Shown here piece after piece: positions 17,275 through 29,400 of a stretch of DNA of 64,000 bases. Both the position numbers and the translations under genes were made by a program. This DNA comes from a virus. Its lineage: Duplodnaviria; Caudoviricetes. Each line of letters starts with the position of its first letter. Position 1 is the stretch's first letter. The stretch lies in IMG/VR virus record IMGVR_UViG_3300004448_000116, positions 2,188 through 66,187 of that record; one strand, 5' to 3'. Below the pieces are notes generated by a model. That model saw only the letters and a program-made list of their open reading frames with translations. It ran no database searches and was not told the origin of the DNA.

Positions 17275-18401
17275 CTCACCGTGTGCAGGTCTAACTTAGC
17301 CCACGCTGAACCAGTGTACACGAACTTAGCATACTGGTTGATGGTCACATTTTGATTGAGTGTTCCTGAATCAAAGTGTAAGTTGTGTGAGCCAGCCGCA
17401 TGATACACCTCAACGGTATGGCCGTGTGGGAATGTACCTGTTGGATTGAGTGTGATTGCGGCCCCTGTTGTAATAATCCAAATGTTTGGTCCTGTGACGG
17501 TGACTGACTGGTTAGAACTGGTTGTTAGAACCTTGACTTCATTTGGAGCCAACCGCCATGTGGCACGGGCAGAACTACCACCAATGCTACGCACGGCGCT
17601 GTACATGAGCACAGAATGTCCATCAGGACTATGCGTCTGCCACATACCTCCGAAGGGCGAAGCGCCAAACCCACCTGCTGATGGTGATGAATAGATGCCA
17701 TCGATGTCGGCACTGTCATCAAACGCATTGGAAGCCGTGACATTGCCAGCGGCTCCCTTTGTCATGTGGTGCAGGTACAAAGGACTTGGGCGAATGAAAG
17801 TACGCTTATCGTACACTGTTGGCGTGTTAAGCGAGGCAGTCAATGCACCTCCAGCAGATACCTCGTAAAGGAGGATTGCCAATACGGTTGTCTTCCTATT
17901 GTTTGGACCGGGAAGATTGAGGAAAGTAGTGGGCACTTGAGGTGTTTCGCTGGCCGTGTCGGCAAGCGTACCAAACTCATACTTAATGTTCGCCTTACCG
18001 CTGTCTGCCGCCACATAGATAACGCAGTAGGCTTTTTTTGCCACCGAGGCATGAGGGGAAGGAAGGCTACCAGAGTGGTTGCTGGTTGTACCGATAGTGG
18101 TGGCCGTAGTGGTTGCACCCGGTCCACCTGCAAATTGGTACACAATGCCGTCAAGAACAGCGTAGCCTCCTGATACTGTAAGTCCACCACTTGAGCCAAC
18201 AGCCACATGGCCCTCTGTTCCACTGCCCGTAGCGTTCCTCGTGCCACCATAGCCACCGTCAGCCACTCTGAGAATACCGTTGCCATGTAGGGCCTCGTAT
18301 GGGTTGGTAAGGGAAGGACTTGTCAACCCGTCACCGTCACGAAGACCTGTGGCACCGCTAAATCCTGTTGCGCTCGTATGTCCTGCTAATGGATTACTCA
18401 T
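17271..18401 (-). CDS. Putative tail/baseplate fibre-like structural protein
   Basis: Gly/Ser/Thr-rich beta composition, 'VSGGYAVLDG..Y' and 'YDKRTF' patterns, end of the tail module. Confidence 0.5.
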   Translation of the reverse strand: MSNPLAGHTSATGFSGATGLRDGDGLTSPSLTNPYEALHGNGILRVADGGYGGTRNATGSGTEGHVAVGSSGGLTVSGGYAVLDGIVYQFAGGPGATTTATTIGTTSNHSGSLPSPHASVAKKAYCVIYVAADSGKANIKYEFGTLADTASETPQVPTTFLNLPGPNNRKTTVLAILLYEVSAGGALTASLNTPTVYDKRTFIRPSPLYLHHMTKGAAGNVTASNAFDDSADIDGIYSSPSAGGFGASPFGGMWQTHSPDGHSVLMYSAVRSIGGSSARATWRLAPNEVKVLTTSSNQSVTVTGPNIWIITTGAAITLNPTGTFPHGHTVEVYHAAGSHNLHFDSGTLNQNVTINQYAKFVYTGSAWAKLDLHTVS

Positions 18402-18402
18402 T

Positions 18403-18756
18403 TTAGTTCACCTCGATTATGGTTGCGAACCGGAGTTCGTTGTTGCTGGTCTTGCTGACCGATTGGAATGTGTACCTGAACAGCACTGTTGTGTCAGTAG
18501 CGTCAGATGGGTTCTGATATTGAATGCATACCTCACGCAGAGGCAAAGTGAAGGCCGAAGACAATGGTAATACGGCTTCGACATAGATGGTGTGGTCGTC
18601 CACGATACGAGTCGTAGGTACGGCTGTGTAAGCAGGTCGACCTGCCCCACCATCCTCAGAAGTGGCAACTGTTCCGTCGAAACCAAACACGACCTGATTG
18701 ATTCGGCTATTCAGTTGGTCAACCAAGAATCTGTTTCCGTCTGTTAGTAATGGTAT
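18403..18756 (-). CDS. Putative baseplate/tail-collar-like protein (start uncertain: ATA 18756 or TTG 18726)
   Basis: 'LREVCI...LFRYTF..VSKTSNNELRF' tail-collar-like pattern; the SD-like sequence sits upstream of the ATA. Confidence 0.55.
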   Translation of the reverse strand: MPLLTDGNRFLVDQLNSRINQVVFGFDGTVATSEDGGAGRPAYTAVPTTRIVDDHTIYVEAVLPLSSAFTLPLREVCIQYQNPSDATDTTVLFRYTFQSVSKTSNNELRFATIIEVN

Positions 18757-18757
18757 G

Positions 18758-20167
18758 TCATCCTCTCCTCGTGATTGTTTCTTGTCGCTTCGGGTTTTGA
18801 ATTTTCAATAAGGCTACCTGCTTGGCCTGCGCCTCGCTCGACTTGCCGCCAATAATACTGCGGGTACCGTGCCCAATCAAAAAGCCAGCGGAGTCAACAA
18901 TCGTATTCCCAAGGTCCCATTTGGTTGAAATCTTGAACCGTGCGCTGGCTGAGAACTCCTTTGTTTCAATTTGGCGACTGTGCTCGTCCCCTATTTCACC
19001 AAGTGAAGTAATGTCCCCTTCCTGAAACCTCTGAAGTAGGTCTTCGATACCACTGTCAAGCGAACCTATTTTGAAGTCGGCCATTTTCTCAACCAAGTGG
19101 TGCCGGGCTTGCAACACATGGTAAATACTGTCATCACCATGCGCTTGATAGCGCACTTTTTCAGCAGGCTGTAAGGAGGAAGACCTGATAACTTTGTTCA
19201 GTGTGATTGAGCCAGTTGCATTAGCGGCACTGGATAAGAAACGCTGTCCAATGGCTTTGGCGCTTGCTCGTGAAACAGCAGTGGGAGCGAATATGCCACC
19301 GGGTACTTCTATGATACCATTCTTTTGAGCGTTAAGGTCCCCTACAACTACGGTGTTATCATCATTGTTCGCACGAACCTTACCCCTTACGGTCACGCTG
19401 TTAGGCAAACTCTTACTCTTCGTACTGCTTTTCCCATCCGTGACCATCTGCCCTGTCAAATAATGCATTTTGTTGTTTTGAAGTTGATGTTGGTAGGACA
19501 AATTGCCAAACCTGTCACTCACAAGGCGGTGACCGTCGTGCCTGCTCACGAAACGCATGGCTGTGACACCATCAACGCCGTTGAAGTCCTTTGCAACGAA
19601 GGTCCCACTGCCGCGAGAGCGGCTAATCTCAACTGAGTTGAGTGAACTGGTCTGATTATCGCCTATTCGGGCCGCAAGGTCGCTTGTACGAAGCCCTACA
19701 CTTGCTTTTTGAGTGATTTGTACTTCTGTACCGTCAAACCCAAGGTCGGAGAGTGATTTACCCTTCAAATTGGGCAGAATGAACCGTGTTCCCTTGGTAG
19801 CAGACTCGATTTGACTCATAGTAAGGGCCTGAGAGGCGTTATCTGCATTTACAAGCAGTGCAGGAGTCGAATCCCCTTCGCTAAGTGAGCCGTCCGAGTG
19901 AAATAGCGAACCGGTGTAGCGATGACTGTCCGTTTGCTTGTGAACCAGTTCGATTGTGTCCTCTTGCTCCACCAAGGTGTACCTACGGTCATGTGCAGGC
20001 ACAAAGTCGGACTGAACGGGCTTTGCTACCTGTCTTTTTGATGATGTTTGAGTGTACACGGCGTGTTTGACACCATTATCGACGAATCTCGGCTTACGGA
20101 CCCGCTTCATCACTGCACCTTGAGCCGCATCTGAGCGGCCGGTTGAAAGATTCTTACCCAGTGCCAT
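18758..20167 (-). CDS. Putative baseplate hub / tail protein
   Basis: Synteny; hub-like segments 'DRFGNLSY', 'PNSVTVRG', 'AKAIGQRFL'; TGATG coupling at 20167. Confidence 0.5.
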   Translation of the reverse strand: MALGKNLSTGRSDAAQGAVMKRVRKPRFVDNGVKHAVYTQTSSKRQVAKPVQSDFVPAHDRRYTLVEQEDTIELVHKQTDSHRYTGSLFHSDGSLSEGDSTPALLVNADNASQALTMSQIESATKGTRFILPNLKGKSLSDLGFDGTEVQITQKASVGLRTSDLAARIGDNQTSSLNSVEISRSRGSGTFVAKDFNGVDGVTAMRFVSRHDGHRLVSDRFGNLSYQHQLQNNKMHYLTGQMVTDGKSSTKSKSLPNSVTVRGKVRANNDDNTVVVGDLNAQKNGIIEVPGGIFAPTAVSRASAKAIGQRFLSSAANATGSITLNKVIRSSSLQPAEKVRYQAHGDDSIYHVLQARHHLVEKMADFKIGSLDSGIEDLLQRFQEGDITSLGEIGDEHSRQIETKEFSASARFKISTKWDLGNTIVDSAGFLIGHGTRSIIGGKSSEAQAKQVALLKIQNPKRQETITRRG

Positions 20168-20496
20168 CAGCAATTCCACCGTTTAAGGGAAGCCCCTTTT
20201 GGTGTCAACTTGCCTTTCTTACTGGTTGGTCCTTTGACACCAGTCATGCGAGCGCAGAAGGATTTTCTTCGCTTGGCAGACTTGCTACCCGCCTTCAATT
20301 TGCTGGGCTTCTTGGTGACAGGTGGTTTAAGATTAGCGCCTGTTTTGCGCTTAGCGGCGGCTCGACCTTTGGCGTTCAGCCCGCCCTTTTTGTTGTGCTT
20401 GTTAGGGTTGTACCCGTGAAACGGTTTGCTCTTCTTTTTCTTGGCGGCTTTCAATACCGCCCAAGCATGGTCCATAGCATCATCCATGTCCATCAC
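20167..20496 (-). CDS. Small highly basic protein (DUF6321-like) with AWxxLK leader
   Basis: 'GGLNAKGR..NLKPPV..RRKSFCARM..SLKRWNC' pattern; N-terminus MDDAMDHAWAVLK. Confidence 0.7.
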   Translation of the reverse strand: MMDMDDAMDHAWAVLKAAKKKKSKPFHGYNPNKHNKKGGLNAKGRAAAKRKTGANLKPPVTKKPSKLKAGSKSAKRRKSFCARMTGVKGPTSKKGKLTPKGASLKRWNC

Positions 20497-23400
20497 TCTG
20501 TGCTGTGGTCACCGCTGTTAAAAGATGTATCGCCCTTACTACCCTTTGGGTGCAATGTCTGGCTGTGACGAGGCTCAACAGAATAGTCTTCTTTTCTTGC
20601 GGCATCGCTTCTGAAATGCTCCAGTGTGTTCTCACTCATTGTGATACGGGCCACCGGTTGCGTGATGTCAGTCTTGTTATAACCAGATACATCAACTCCG
20701 AGAATCTTAGGTCCTTGGCTCACTGCGGCACTGTTAGCAGGGTTGACACTGTACACAGGTGCGTACGGTGGACTGCTTGGTGTACCTGTACGAGCCGAGG
20801 CCGCATCGCTGGTATAGATACCATACTTTCCACCTGCTGTGGCGGCGTAAAATGTACCGCCTGCTTGAGGTGCTCCTGACTTAACTGCCATGTTAGAACG
20901 GAACAACTGTACATGTGAATTATCCAAGACAAAGGCTGGTCGAACCAAGAACTCAATTTCAGAGTCAGCGTGGTTTATGTTCTCAGTCACCGAAGTGTGA
21001 TTACTATCTTGGTATGGGTTAGAGGAAGAAGTTGCTCCGGCCTCGCCCCAGCCAGTCACATCGAGTGCTCCTACCCTGCGCTTCCAGTTCATAACATAGG
21101 TACCACCAAGAGCCCAGAAAGAATGAGCGTCAGATACTTTGATGACTCCTTTGACAGGTTGCCCAGTCCAGTCTAACGCAGTCAGGTCGAGGTGACCAAG
21201 TGTACGGTTGCCTACATTCATTGCTCCTCGGAGCGTTGTGCGCTGACCCACATCACGGTTGCTGTGTAGGCTGTGCGCTTCTGTTGACATAACAACATAC
21301 TCACGGCTCACGCCGTCGTTGAGTTCTCCAAGCGTATCAACATCTAATCCAATTCGTACACCGTCACCGCCGACAGGCTCTGCAAGCATGGTGTCTGTGG
21401 TAATTGATTCGGTCGTTTCATTCACCATGGCTGTTGGTTTGAGAAGACCATCATCGTCGGCAAGGTCGAGCCGTGCACTGATACCACGGTCTGTTTCACC
21501 GGCTTGCAGTACATCGTTTCTTGGGCGAACTAACCCCTTACCAACGGTAGGCTCAGCAGTCGGTTGAGATAGTACCAACCCCGTCGGCTCAACGGTTTCA
21601 GAAATATCCATGAGTAGGCTTTCGTTGAAATGTGTAGGCCATCGTACGCCGCGCCCATCTCCTCGGTCACCTACTCGCATGGCGTTTGTTGGGTTGAACC
21701 AATCTACAATAGCCATGGCCGCCACATCGTTATTGGCCGTGTTAGAGTTGCCACTCTGTCGGTCAGTACTGGTAGCAAAGAGGCCATTCGCTTCTGGTCG
21801 ATTACCACTGCCGCCATCTTCGTATGCGTCTTCTGGGTCCCACGCAGGAGAAATACCAAATCCACGCACTGGGAATCGACGGACATCTTCTCCACGAGTG
21901 TTGCCCCACCAATCGACCATGTAGTAGCGATGTGCTTGAGCAATCTCTGCAATGTCCAAGCCTGCCCTGTCGCCTGCGTACATCCGTCGCACGCTGGTCG
22001 AGTTGCGAATTGTGCGAACGGGACAGCCAAACGGGCGGGTCATTCTTCGACCATCGCTATATCGGACTTGACGGCCTAATTGGTCTTGGTTGAGGAGTGC
22101 GCTGATTTGAGTAAGTCGTTCCAACACACCTGTGTAGGTCGCAGGGTAATCTGAGTCAGTCACCCAGCCATCATCCTTGTTATCTTGTTGGATGAATGGT
22201 CCGTGGTAATAACCAAGCAAAGCATTGGCGTTAGCCACTTCTAAGTAGCCTCGGACATAAGGCGACCAGCGTGGGCGGTTGTACGGTTGACGCAAACCAA
22301 AGCGATAGCCGAAGCAAGTGTTGCGGGCATTATCCGACGCTGTTGTCATTTGTGCGTATGTTCGCTCTTCAAGACCGGTGTTGTCGTGGAAACTCACGCA
22401 ATCAACTCCGAACAACTTTCCACCCCATCCAATAAGTGTTTCAAGGAATCCGTCCAAGCGACTGGAGCCTGCTCCTCCTCTGGAGCCACCGGGCCAGTAG
22501 CCTGCGAAATTGTATTTCTCTGAGCCAATAGTACCCCCTTGGTGCGAAAGATTTTCGTTGGAATCTATTTCTGCGGCAGTACTGGATGCACCGGTACCAC
22601 CAACAATGGAAGTGGTTGAAATGCTTATTTCCATGATGGGGAAACGGTTGGTAGTTGAGCCTCCGTCAACACCATTGACGGTCGACGGGCTTGGATTGTT
22701 AGCCATCTTACTATCGTCAATTACACCCCAAAGCGTTGAAACATACAACTTCGTACCATCATCGCTCCAATCAATACCGGAAATCCAAGGTGTAGCATCG
22801 CTATTGGTTTGAGAAACTGACGCTGACTTGTTAAGGAAATAAGTACGCAAGTCAACGGTGACATCCAGACTCGCAGTGTTCGTAGCAAAGGGTGTCGACA
22901 GTGTGTACTCTCGGACATACCCTTCTGCGAAACTAAGCCACATCTTTGAACCGTCCGCATTGAATAGAATATCACTGATTGTGCTCGCTATTGAGGACGA
23001 AGTCCCTTCTGAGTCGCCACTTGCTACCACATAAGCACTGGCCGCAGTAAATTGTCGCAAAGTGGAGGCATAAGCCATGTAATACTTGCTCCCATCATTG
23101 TTCCATGATACTGCTCTCACTCCATTGCCACCCGATGCTTTTAGGGAACCAGTGAGCGAAATAGTTGTCAAATCAAATGCACTTGAAAGCGTTGCACTTC
23201 GTACGCCGTCAGTATCATGGAAACCAGCGATGAGCATTTTTGTACCGGTTGGGTCTAAGTCAAAGCCATCACAACTGCTCATGACTGAGTCGCCTATACC
23301 TGAACTCTGTTGGTCGTATGTACCGTTGGTATTTGCTATGTCAATCTTAGAAAATAAGATGTTATCAGTATCGTAATCGTTGTTGTGTCCACGATTAGAA

Positions 23401-26400
23401 ACAATGATGTCATCTCCGGCTACACGAATACCCGTCATCCATGTGGTTGTATTTGCAATCATTTGGAAATTTATACCTCTTCGGTTGGCGGTCGTACCCA
23501 CAGAATCAGATATTTTTTGAAGTGAATATGAGTCGGTGACCGGGGCGGGTGGCCTAATCCAATTCATTCCAAATACGAACGGACCCTTAGATGCCGCATA
23601 GAAGAAATCATTGTAGTGAATTGTTTCAAAGTGTTCAGGGACATTGTTCAATCCTTTCTTGAGAACAGGTGTATCTGTTGCTCCGTTCTTGTCATAGAAG
23701 CCTCTGCTATTGTCATCTGAATAGTAGGTGAAAGGGCGGCCTAAGTTGGGGTGCCACATGCACAAATAGGCATCAGCGAGATGTAGGCTATTGGTATCAC
23801 GAGTGCCGTTCATGGTCTGTGGCATGACCCGAGTTGTCATGCTGACAAGCGAATTAGTGAAAATCTCATCCGCCTTTCGATTGTCATAAGGCCCGCTCAA
23901 ACGAATAATTGTACCGTTAGTCAAGTTATCAAAGAAGAGAGGAGTCACTTCCGTGACGCCTTGGAACTGTGTAGGGGTCCCAAGAGTAGCGTGGGCCAAT
24001 GTTCCTGTTCGATTTGCGTAGGTAGCCGTCTGCCTTTCTCCGTTGGCATCTGTGTATTCCAAAACCTCTCCGTAGTATGCTTTGACTGGGAACAGTTCAG
24101 CATTGTCCACATTGACTGTACTACCTCCAGCGGACGAGGCTGTGACCTTGGCATTGGGGTTCAGAGAGCGAACACGATAGTGCTCGGCGTAAATGTCAGG
24201 ATAGCATGTAGGGTAGCCAGCAAGCGTAATCTGAGCACCTACTGCGCCAAAGGTAGCCCTGTTCATTTGATAGTAGTGGTCAGGTGTATGCCACTCCAAA
24301 TGTCTGAAATATGTAGCGGCTGATGCGGTTGCTCCGTCCTTGTGCAACTGTGCCCACCACGGCACTGTGAGCGTAAATCCGGGTGTAGTCTGAATAAACA
24401 TGTTGGGGTGGTAAGGCAAGGTGCGTCTGCTAAATGCAGGGGATGTGGTTTCTTCCACACCAAGAGCGTTGTAGTTAGCCAGTGGAGGCAAGTTCGTAAA
24501 TTGACTGGAAGCATCAGGCTCAATGTCAAGCATGATTTCGTTGAGCATGATTTCACAACCTCTGACATCCGCCATGATTGCCTCTGCCAAAATCAAGGTG
24601 TAGGCTCCGTTTGTGTTGCTCCCATCATCATGAGCAATAGCAACTACGGTGTTGACCTGCTGACCTGTGAGTTCAGTGACCTTACTTCCAGATTCTGAGG
24701 GTGCCTTCACTGCATCTGAATGGTTGCTATGATAGCCAGAGAGTTGTTGCTTAAACACATTTGGTTGAATAATAATCTGGTATGCCCCAACTTCCATAGG
24801 GTCAGGGAAATGATTATTCAGAGTGTAGGAACCGGCGGCTTCCAGTACAATTGAATGGCCTCCCTGTGAATTGGTTGTGCCTGCACTACCTTTTGATGCG
24901 GCTATGCCATAACCATCGAACTTGACTTTGGTTTCAGTCAAGAGAGTGAATGCACCGCCGTGAATGTCGGACGGGCCGTGAGGGGCGGATGCTCCTGAAA
25001 ACCAAACCAGCGGGTCACGACGGTTAAGTCGTTCAAGTAAATCGGCACCGCTGTACTGACTTGACATATCATCCTCAAAGGTTGAAGAGGTTGTAATTTG
25101 ATTTGCTTGACCAAGATTGTAAAGTCGTTGATACGCAGGATGAGCATAGTGCCCCGGCATCAAAGCCATTGTTGGTGTGACATAATGATGACCCATGCGA
25201 GGAATAGGCATAGGCGTCATCTTAGGTGCGGCAAGAGCAGTAGAGGGAGTTCCATTAACTGCCGACCAATCAATGGTTTTCATATCTGGACTTGCTCCAC
25301 TGTATTCACTGTGGTCACGCAATCGTCGGGAGGCAAAGAAACGGGTGCTACCAGCAGGCATGAAGTATGATGGTACAACCTTGAGTCCGGTCTTACCAGT
25401 CACGAAAGAAACAAAGTCTGGACTGTACACAACACCTGTAAATTTATTAGTTCCTTTACCAGTATAAGAGGCTAACACGCCCTTGTTTGTTGCAGGGTCG
25501 TACACTCGTAAGAACCAGCGACCGCCGCTTGGTTCTGAGTTGTCTAACCATGTATCACTTTCGGGTGTACTACCAACTGTGATTTCAGCACCCGAATAAC
25601 CACTGTAAGTCAGTTCATCAACATCATAGCGGTGTGTCATTGTCACACCCACACGAGTCACATGGAATTGCAAAGAGCGGTCATGTGGTTCGTATGCTGT
25701 GTTCAAAGGAGCGTTGTCGGTGTGTGACTCCCAGCCCTTTGAAGAACTGGCAGGGAACGCTAAGCGGTCATCAGAAAGGTCCGTACCGTCTTGCGACAGG
25801 TGTTCCCAGCCATTATTCTCCCAAGTAGGCCAAAGCCTTGGTCCATCGTAGGTTTCTTTGAATGTATCAGTTATGGACGGCTGGGCTTGAGCAGGGTGCA
25901 TCAAACCACCAGAGCCCATGGTTTCGTTTTGGTAAGCCTGTATTCGGTCGAAGCCCGGTCGAACAATGATGTTGCCGGGGATTTCGTCAGCGTTGGGCAA
26001 TCGAATTTTCATGTTAGGTGATACGCCAGAGCCAGCAATAGCAGGGGCCAAGCCCTCTATGTCACGGTCACTTACATGTCTGAAATCCATGATGACTGTG
26101 CCCAAAGGACTGCCACCCTCAAGACGATGTTCTTGGCCTGTGTCATCAACAACTTGCATGCTTTCAAATTGCAAGTGCTCGTTGGGTATAATCAGAGCGT
26201 TTTCCTTTTCGTTGATGTGCTTCTGTGCCAGTTGAGGGTGGCTCAGTTCCTGTGCTTGGATGATTGGGAACATAGCACTGTTCGTCGACTCAAAGGAGAA
26301 TCGACAATTGCCCAGAATCTTTTCCCCAACTGTCTTGTAAGACCCACCGTCTTTGCGAACAGTCCAAGGTATCATACCAAGACCACGAGCATTTGATGCA

Positions 26401-29400
26401 GGCATGGTTAAGTTGCCACCATCCATTCTTTTCCAAACAATGTGTTCTTCTGTAAAGTTGCGAGCCGCACTCTTTGTATCGTAGTACTTGTACAGCCCTG
26501 CTGATGTACCATGATACTCTGTACGAGAAGCAATTCCCACACATTCTTGTACCAAAGTTTCTGCCAGAGTGTGTAATTGGTTGGTCGGCATGATTGACTT
26601 ATCCCAGAACAAATCTCCTGTTGGGCTTTGACAAGGGTCTGCCCGACTAACATGGCTGGCTGAGGTGACCCGTGCATTTGGATAGGCAACTGTGTCGACA
26701 TCCGGGTAGGCTGTGAAATCTGTGCTTGCTCGGATGTTTGCTTCAACATGAGGTCCTGCTGTGGCAGGAGCGTTGTACCGACTCTTGTTGTGAACCCTGC
26801 TTGTATTCCAAGCCTGCGTACCTGCTCTCAAGATGTTGCCGTCTGCCTTGACAGAAAGCCAATCACCAGATGCAATTATGCCATCTCTGTCTGTTTTGGC
26901 TATGAGAGGCAATTCACTTTCATGACTGACTGCTACCAAGTGACGGCTGGAAAGACCATGTACGCAAAAATCACTGACTAACGATGAAGGTGTATCTGTT
27001 ATTCCAACAGGTGGGGATGATGCTAAGCAAGTTTCAGCAGAGCCATACGGAGCGAAGCCTAAGAATGGATGCCAAGCACCAAGTCCAGCAGGAAATTTAG
27101 TTCCCCCAATCGAGGTACCGTTGTAGGAATTCAGATAGGAATACGCCTCTCCTGCCCAACCAACTGCCCCTATGGGCTTGGTACGGTCGACTGCATCCAT
27201 GAAGCCGTTGAAGTGCACCTGTGTCATGTGTTCACGAGATTGAGTCGTGTTGTTGTATTGGTGCGTACCTGCTTTGGTCCAGACATAGATTTTGACTGGT
27301 CCATTATCTCCGTTGACCTGAGCGGCGGCTATGGCCGCCTTTGTTGTGGGGTCAACCAAATTAGTGCTGTTCGTTATACCGTTCTTGCCAAGCGTGAAAG
27401 TTGAGCCGCTGTAAGACACATAGGGAGCAAAGGCAGACTTAGTACCGTTGCTTACACGCAACCAACCGTATGTAGGTAATGTGGTTGGCAAAGTAGCAGT
27501 TGCCTGCAAGGTCGCAACTGCACCATCTTCTGCGGTATAGCCATCTGCTACTGCATCAAGGGCCACCCAACCATAGCGGTCTTGCTTGCCTGCGTGTTGC
27601 ATAGTTGGCAGGAAGGTACCACCTATTGCTTTCAATGGGTCTGCACCAGCGAATGTATTGATACCTGCGGCAAGCACTGTGGCCAGTTCTTCTGCATTCT
27701 GACAGCGTGTGGCGTCTATGATAAAGAAATTACCCGAAGCGTCTGCATGAGAATAGGCTTTGGCAATTGCACTGCTCACACGGAAAACGGATGGATTACG
27801 AGTGTCCCCACTGCCTGTGGCCAGCCTGTTAGTTGATGAAGGGTTTTTCACATTGCGGATTATATGGTTGTCTAAGAAATGACCACCGGGGTGGTAGCCT
27901 CCGTCCATGTGCCAAAGGCTGTTGGACGCTTTGGTGTTGGCTATGGCTCCTATGAAAGTACCTGCGTAATTCTTAAACACATCATCGAAAGGATGCGCGT
28001 AGGCAACAGGACTGCTCGGACCGAAGTGACTATCGTAGTACCGTCCCTTGCCTGCCGCTTGCCCATAGAAACGAGAATTAGGCATACCCTTGGTCGGCTC
28101 CCAATTGAGAATCCAGTTGTACCCTGATATGTTGCTGGCTTGGTATTCTTTGGTTGGTGGTAGGTTGGCAGAGAACCCGTAAAGAGTACTACCTCCGTGA
28201 GAAATCAAATTAGGCAGGAACGATTCTCCAGCAGGGTGAGCACTTGGTACTGCACTGTACCCGTTTCCTGTTGTAATAATGTCAGATAACTGTGGCTCAT
28301 ACGACTGGAAGTTGTGAGGAACAGCCTGCCCCGGTCCAAAGACCAAGTAGGTGGTAGCGTCACCTGCGGCCGATGTGGCCGAATATCGTGCGTGAGGATG
28401 AGAAAAGCGCAGTACGATTGGACTCGGGCGGTTGCAATTGACTGTCTTCCCACCGCCTGCGTATGTGACTCCTGTCGAAGAAGCGTTGGTGTTATTTCCA
28501 CCATCTAAGTCAGGGCTCAGCATGGCATCTTTGTTGAAGAACGGTGGGTAGTGCTGTCCATTATGCTGATTGAGATAAGGTGTACCGGGGAACATAGCCA
28601 GCATAGCGTTAGTATCAATCAGTGCATAGGAGCCAGCGGCTTCACCTACATTCTGCATACCAGCAGAGCCAGTCGGTCCAGATGAATATGGGTGAGTGTA
28701 AAATTCCTCATAATCGTTTTGTGTTCCGTCGTTAATGTCGAGCGTGACTCCAGAGAAACCGCCGCCAAAGTACAGAGGTACCCATCTGTCAACACTGGAA
28801 CGGCCACCACGGAAGTATAGGAATGGCTCTCCATGATGGCTACCTGTTGTACGAATACCGTCACAGTCATGGAATTTCAAAAGATTGCCGTGGTTGACAA
28901 TGACATCCCCAGCGGCAACATTGCTAACAAAGTCAGCCGAATGATTGAGCAAATCTAATTTGTTCTCAGCGGCTCCTGCCTTGCTGACCGCTCTGGCCCA
29001 GTCTGTGTCACCTCTCCAGAAGACAACCTCTTCACTCCAAGCATTAGCATCGTTAGACGCTGGAGTCATGGCGAGGTAAAGATACTCATTAGATGGAAGC
29101 ACCAAGTGGTCAGGTGTGGTACTCGTGTCCTTTGAGCCTATGTTGACCATCACAGTGTTGACGCACGGCGTGATTCGGTCACCGGGCAAGCGGATGTAAG
29201 TGTCCCCTCTGAGATTGTCACGCCACTGCTTGACATTGACGGAATCGTTAAGGCTGTCAACAAGTACAGGGGTTGCGGTGTTAGCATTGGGTCCACGATA
29301 CTTTGTGGTGATATGAAGAACAGTGGCCGGGATGTAGCCGACATCGAGCCTAACACCGGCCGCAATTTCTGCCCCAGTCAGTCCGCCCAAATGATTTGTC

